Shown here in pieces: positions 25,801 through 33,200 of a DNA stretch of 64,000 nt. This DNA comes from Eledone cirrhosa. Taxonomy: Eukaryota. The stretch spans positions 75,454,001-75,518,000 of the forward strand of contig OZ024743.1 in assembly GCA_964016885.1 (NCBI GenBank), given 5' to 3'. Position 1 is the stretch's first letter. The number at the start of each line of letters is the position of its first letter. The position numbers were made by a program, and so were the translations under genes. The notes under the pieces are model-generated. The model saw nothing but the letters and a program-made list of their open reading frames with translations, had not been told where the DNA came from and did no database searches.

Positions 25801-28800
25801 CATTTCTTGTGCCAACCCCATGGTCTCCATGGACTCTATTGAAGACGTCACAGTGTTTACCTACGTGTCCGTCAAAATCTCCTGCGATGATTAGGAAGTC
25901 ATTGTCGTTTGTTAGAGCAGTAGTGTGCATTAGGGACTCGTAAAATCTATCCTTAAGTTCGTCTGGCAACCCCGATTGGGGTGCGTAAGGTGATATTATT
26001 GTGGTAATTGTTTTATTCAGGACTAGTCTGAGTTTAATGATTCTTGCATTTACCCTGTACACTGAGATTACTTTATCTACCCACTTGTCAGCTAGTAGTA
26101 TACCTACACCACTCATCCCATCATCATTTCCCACCCAGAAGAATTTGTAGCACTGACTTTTTCCTACAAGGACTCTAGCAGACTCTCCTCTCCATCTACT
26201 CTCTTGCACACAGCATACATCAATTTCCTTTCGTTATATTTTATATAAAGAATACTGTTATTTTGTTATTGTAGTGTGGCTGAAGGAATCGCGTTGTTCA
26301 AAAGAAATCAAGAATTAGAAGCAATGCAGATGTTTAATAAAGCTCTTCAAATAGATCCTAACAATGTAGAAGCTCTTGTTGCCCGAGGTGCTCTGTAAGT
26401 GTTTGAAATAATCAGGACTTGTTTAATATTTTATCTCTACATGTCCACCCCCTCTTTTTATTAAAATTTTTTCCGAAACATTTCTCAAGCATACAATGTC
26501 TATCTCTGGTCTTGAACAAGTTACTGAACCCTTTAGCATTTACATTATTCTATATATACTACTGTATTTTCACAGTAACACTTTATTTCACATATTATCG
26601 AATCTACGAGATTTTGATAATAGTTATTTTGAGAACAAAACCTTAACATAAGAATGAGCAGCTGATGCTAAAGGGTTAATCCCATCTATCTAAGCTGAAA
26701 TCTATATATGTGTGTGTGTGTAAAGAAAAGTTTCTTAATATTGATACTCCATCTAAATAAATCCAGGATATGGTACAGGGACACAGAGCATTTAGAAGGA
26801 CTTGAAGACATTTGAATGTTTATTCCTCTTACACATGTTTCAATAAATTACATGTAAATATAGCTAATGGAAGATTTTCAGCAAAGATCCCAGTATATGG
26901 ATTTACTTCCCTGGGATCCAAGCATAAAACCAAAAACTTAGTTCAACATATCAGATTTTTCACATTTCATTTGTATCATCAGGGATATTTAAAAAGTACT
27001 GTTGGGCCTCAAATACTTATAAAATTTTTCTAATGACCAAAAAAGTATATTACTAGACATCCCATATGTTATAAAATAAATAGGATGGGTTAGGGTCTCA
27101 ATATGTGAACTAAATGACTAATTCCGATTATTTGGGACCCTAGAGTATACATAGATTTTAGGGGAAGCAAGTCTCCTATACCCTCCCTCTGATTATCTCA
27201 ATATTATATTGATAACTGATCTTAGTATATCACTGGTCAGGTGACCACATCTTGCTCACACTAGTTCAAAATCTGTATTTTGTATTTAAATGGAATACAT
27301 TTCATTTTTGTATTTGTTTTACAAGATTTCTTATATGAAAACGTGTGTTGAAACAGATATTGTTAAACTTTGGGAGGGTCATGCTGCCAATAAAAACTCA
27401 TGCACCTATTGGATTTCACTTTAATTTATTATAAACCCCCAGTCGGTTAGTTTAGCAACAACTAAACGACCAACCAGTTATTAAACTAACTGACTGGGTC
27501 TTTATAATAAAAAAAATGTGAAAACCAACAGGTGTGTGTGTTTTTATTGGCAGCATGACCCTCCCAAACTATAACAATAAGGTATATATTGATTTCTCTT
27601 AGAGATTTATTATATAGACTCATTTATTTGTAAATTGGATTTTGCTATATTTACGTTGCAACCTGTGATCTTTTAGATTTGCTAATAATGAAAATTACAA
27701 AAGAGCTATTGATGACTTTGAAGGAGCTTATTCTACCAATCCTCGCCATCAAAATGCCTGCAAATATCTTTGCCAAACACTTGTAGCTCATGGGAAAATG
27801 TAAGTTTTTTTTTTCTTTTATATAATTATATATAGTTTTGTTTGATGTTTTGGATTTGTATTGTTTAATTTTTCTGCCTCGATTTGTGACTGATTTGTAA
27901 CAATTGGAAAGAACAATGGAAACATTGTTTCCTCGGTCCGATCTGACGAGCTCCACCCCAGTTTAGTGAATGAGATCTGGGATTTTGTCAATCGACTGCT
28001 ATATTGTTTAATTAAAGTTGTCTTTATTGATTACAAATAAAAGATGTATGCATAAATCAAATCAGTTGATGTAGGATGTAAGATTATATTTAATTGTTGG
28101 ATAAAAAGAATGGCTTTTACCCAATTCTTTATCAAGTCTTTATAGATAAGATGTGTAAGATTTTCTCTTCTTAGAATTATTAATGGAGATGAGATTTTTA
28201 AAAAGAAACTATATATTTAAAAATAATGCTTTACTTCAATTCGTTATTCATGCCAACCTTTACCTATGGTCATGAATCTTGGGTAATAACTGAAAGAATA
28301 CGATCTGGAATACAAGTGGATGAAATGGGGTTCCTTTGAAGGGTCTTTGGAGTAACGTTACTTAATAGAGTGTGTAGCTCGGAGATCAGAGAGTCACTCC
28401 AGGTAGAGCCGCTACTTTTCTGAATTGAGAGATCACAGCTCCGATACTATGGGAATATGGTTAGAATGTCTCAGGAAAGAATCGCTGGACAGATTTTATG
28501 GGCAAAACGTACCGGTAGGAGACCCAGAGATAGACCCTGAGCAAGATGGTTGGATAATATCCATGAGCTTAGCTGGTCTTGCTTGGGGATCCAGCCAGAT
28601 CAGTTGGAAACAGTTGCTATTGACAGGACCCGCTGGAAGGAGAGTTTGAGATTTCTGCCCCCACGATGCTCTCAATAAGATAGAGAGAGCTGATCCAGTT
28701 AGTTTGATGTAATACTATCTGGACTATTTTCTGAATTATTCTTTCATTGCTGTGATTTATTTTGCTAGCCTGGAAGAACAACATAAAACAGATGAAGCTG

Positions 28801-30193
28801 AATCATATTATAAGCGGGCACTTCAAGTAGATCCTCTTAATTCAGAGGCCAGCCGTTACATGCGACATATTACATTCAAGAAAAAGGTGAGAAATTAACC
28901 TTTTCACATCTGTATTTGTAGAAATCACCAACTGTAGAAATCAAGCCAAAATCAGTTCCCGTATGAGCAAGACAAGGTCACCTGACCTGGCACTGACCAC
29001 AACAGGACAACCTGTCTAACCCATGCTAGTGTGAAAAAAATGGATGTAAAACGTCAATGATGATGATGATTTCTAATGAAATACACTATTTTCATTAATC
29101 AATGAAGAATTTAGAGTGATTTACTAAAATTATTAATTATTTCATTACTAAGATAGTAACTTAACCCTTTCATGGCTACATTTTTTAGTGAAGGAAGCCA
29201 GACGCTAATGGCTAGATATAGTCAGGGTTTCCTCAACAAAGTTCCGTGGCTCTGGTGTTATTTATTAATAATCAATATATTACTTCCATTCATTTTATTT
29301 TGCTAATTTGCTTTGAACATCCAATGATGATCCAAGATACATCTTTCTATATGCTTCCATAGAAGTGGTTGATGCTTTATGCTATCTAGATGACTTATCA
29401 TCATCATTATCATCATCATCATCATCATCACTGCTTTACATCCATTTTTCCATGCTAGCATGGGTAGAATAAGGATAGGATGGAAAAAGCTTAGAGAGCT
29501 GCTCCTACTGTTGACAACAAAAGGTTTTTCCCTATGTACAAAAGGACGACTGTATGACACTTGCTTGCAATGTGTGATGCTGCATGGTAGTGAAACAGGA
29601 GCTGTGACTGCAGAGAAATGTAGTAACCATGCTTCGTTGGATGTGCAATGTAAGTGTGAGAAAAAGTCAGAGCTTGGACGAGTTGAGGTAGAAGCTTGGT
29701 TTAATAGGAATCCGAGGTGGTATGCAGGAGAGAAGACTGCGTTGGTATGGACATGTGATGCACATGGATGATGATTGATGGGTAAAGAAGTGCTAGGAAA
29801 TGCCAGTGGAAGGAGATGCAGTAGAAGTAGACCAAGAAAGACCTGGGCAGAGGTGTTAAGACCTCAAATCACAAAAGTTTGTCTGTAACTATTATTTTTT
29901 CGTTAACTACCATAACATTAATGATAGCTTAATGAATTACTTTCAGGCTGATCCTAATTCTACACCAACTGGCCGAGGTATAGAACCTTCCTTCTTAACA
30001 CACAGGAATTCACCACATTTGGAGAATATAGAAGGAGGCTTTTCACAGCAGAAGTCTAAAGTAGACAAATCTGGACATTCCTACAAGAGGGTTGTTGTCT
30101 CTGATAAATTTCAGCATTATAGGTAAATTGTTAATATTTTAGTCAGAAGTCCTATGAATTAATGTATTAAATGTTGATGACATGCACATTGGT

Positions 30194-30238
<45 letters not shown>

Positions 30239-33200
30239 GTGAACCAGACCAAGGTGTCATTTGTAGTACTATGGATTGTCTCCAGGCCACTGGGAAAACA
30301 TCTGAGGGGGGCAATCCTGAACATCATGTAACATTGTCTGTTCAGAGTCCCCTGTTGTATAACATATGTACAATGGCTAGAGAGAGAGAGATATTGGTGA
30401 GCCAGACTAAGGTGTCATTTGTAGCATTATGGATTACCTCCAGGCCCCTGGTAAAACGTCTGAGAGGGGCAATCCTGAACAACATGCAGTACTGTCTGGT
30501 CACAGTCCCTAACAACATACAGTACTGTCTGGTCAAGGTCCCTAACAACATAGAGTACTGTCTAGTCAGGGTCCCTAACAACATACAGTACTGTCTAGTC
30601 AGGGTCCCCACAGTAACATACAGTACTGTCTGGTCAGGGTCCCTAACAACATACAGTACTGTCTGGTCAGGGTCCCTAACAACATGCAGTACTGTCTGGT
30701 CAGGGTCCCTAACAACATGCAGTACTGTCTGGTCAGGGTCCCCACAGTCACATGCTGGGCTGGCTTTTATTTCCCATTGATGGAGATGGTGGTCTGTCCT
30801 GGGATGTGTTGTGTGGATCTGATTAAGGGACACCCATTACTTTCTAGGAAGGTCAAAGATGGCTGGTTTAGATGTGGGGTCCTGAACGAGGTCTTGGTTG
30901 ACAAATTTGGACTCATTCCATGATCTTTACCACTCTTCATTCAAATCCCGCAAACCATTCTGGGAATCAATTAAGACCCTTCAAGACAATGACATGGAAA
31001 TAAAATATATGTAGACATATCTCTTTCCTACATAGACATACATGTAAACACTTAGATAAGTTTAGAGTTGAAATAAAAATAGAAGCTTCACCATAATATT
31101 TTTTACTATAATGTAGTCTAATAATGGGGCATATAATCCCAGTGAACAGAAAAAGATGGGTATCGTGTCTGCTGATACCCATCTTTTTCCATTCAGTGGG
31201 TTTATATGCCCCATTCTATCTGTGTCTAGGGCGGGTAAAATTTTCGAGATCCGTGAACGAGTTCTCTCCAGTGGTCTCTGTCCCTCATTATCGCTGCCAT
31301 GTCCTGCATCTCAAAGAGACCAGTGTCTCCTTAGGACATCAACATATGTTAACCTCGGTCTTCTTCTTCTGGTGTGTCCATGCAGGGTCTCCCACAGGAG
31401 CACTGAGTGCAGTGTCGTAAAGACCTGAAAATCCATCTCTTTGCTGTAGTGGAGTCTGAGACATGGACACTGACCAAAAAACTCACTCAGATGGTGGATG
31501 GGTGCTACACGAGAATGCTGAGGATGGCTATGAACACTAATCAGTATACACTGAGGATGAAGAACTCAGAGCTGTACAGGGGCCTCCCAAAAGTCAGCTC
31601 GAGAGTAGCACAGAGGAGACTGAGGTTAGCTCGACATGTTCACCGACATCCAGAGTTGATATGCCCCATTATTAGACTATATTATAGTAAAAAATATTAT
31701 GGTGTAGCTTCTATTTCTATTTTAATTCTAAACTTCACTCGCCGTGTTCTAAACATATTTCAGATAAGGTTATTTTGCAATTTTAATTTTCTTAATTTTT
31801 ATGTTGTTTTCAGAAAGGATCACAAGTACCATGATGGCTCAGCTTCAGATGGTTCCTCATCGCATTCTTTACATTTGAATCCATCGAGAATGCATCATTC
31901 TCTTGACGTAGACTCCCATAAATCCCAACATAATCGCCATTCAGAGACACGGGATCTAAGTTGCCCAGAAACTCGTGATTCCCACTTTTCTGACGGTCAA
32001 ACAGTCTCTGAACTTAGTCACAGCCATTGGGAACGACATAGCTCACCTGCCAAAAGCTATAAAATAAATCAAGATATTGGACTACATAGTAAGTCAATCA
32101 GTGATAGACGGAATAGGACTAATTCTAAATCTCCTGACTATTCAGTATGGGATGGAAAGTTATCTCAAGATAATTCTCCCCATAGTTATGACTGTGTGCC
32201 CTCAAACTATAGAAAATCCTCATCGAATGTCGGTGATCATTTGAACAGAACTAAAAACAGATCACGGAGTCAAGAATTCAAAGAGATTTATATTAACCGA
32301 GAAAGATCTCATAGACTTCCTCAAAATGAGGAAAGCCATTCCAAGTCAAAAAAGACATTTCAAGAAGGTATTTTTAATAACAATTACCAATCAGCATGTA
32401 AATATGACAGTTTAAATTCAAAGGAGTGTTACGACGATAGCCAGGACAGGAAAAGTAACTACAGGGTGAAGAGTCGATCTCCTAGCAATGATAGCAAAAA
32501 TTCCAGTAAACATTTAACATCTCATCAGCTCACAGAATCAAGTAAAAAAAGACAATTGAAGAATCTTCATAGCAAACAAGCTTTTGAGGAATCAAGTTCA
32601 TTTAAAGATGTTGGAAAGGACTGTGATTTGTATTTCACCAATGATGATAAACAGGGCAAGAAACAAAGTCGGAGTCATGATAGAAAACACAAGTCTAACG
32701 AACCACCGCGTAAATATGCCAGAAAACATTCACCAACAAGTCTCTCTGAACTCAGTCGGGACAATGGTGGGAAGCAGAAGTTCAAGCTACCGGACATTGT
32801 TGAAAGCACCCGTAGTCACAGGAGGAGTATTGAGTCACGCCAAAAACATTCACTGAATAAGAAATTCAATAGCAAACATCAAAATACAAAGGAATCCAAT
32901 GTTGACACCAACATCAGGCAGTCTTTACGAGGTAAAGGGAAACGTAGACACAGAAGTAGCTCTACTGATTCTTCTTCATCTTCTTCTTCTACATCATCAT
33001 CATCCTCATCATCATCGTCATCGTCATCGTCCACTTCTACATCTTCATCTTCTTCCTCATCGCCCTCATCAGATACCTCTTCATCTAGTTGTAGTTCTTC
33101 ATCCTCTTCAAATAGAACTCAAGATAAACTGAAGAGATCTTTAGATAATCATTCAGCTTTTAATTTAAAACATAAACATAAAGATAGCTGTGATGAACCC

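Noticed and set aside
27930-27990. CTGACGA-GCTC..GAG hammerhead-like start
   Set aside because: No GAAA core after the putative stem II and no supporting stems.
31407-31813. N-terminal 135 aa of the 1040-aa ORF as a LINE-host fusion protein
   Set aside because: It consists of an inverted LINE piece, a foldback arm and the polypyrimidine tract, and starts at GTG. A strong in-phase acceptor at 31813 explains the real exon; fusion would need transcript evidence.
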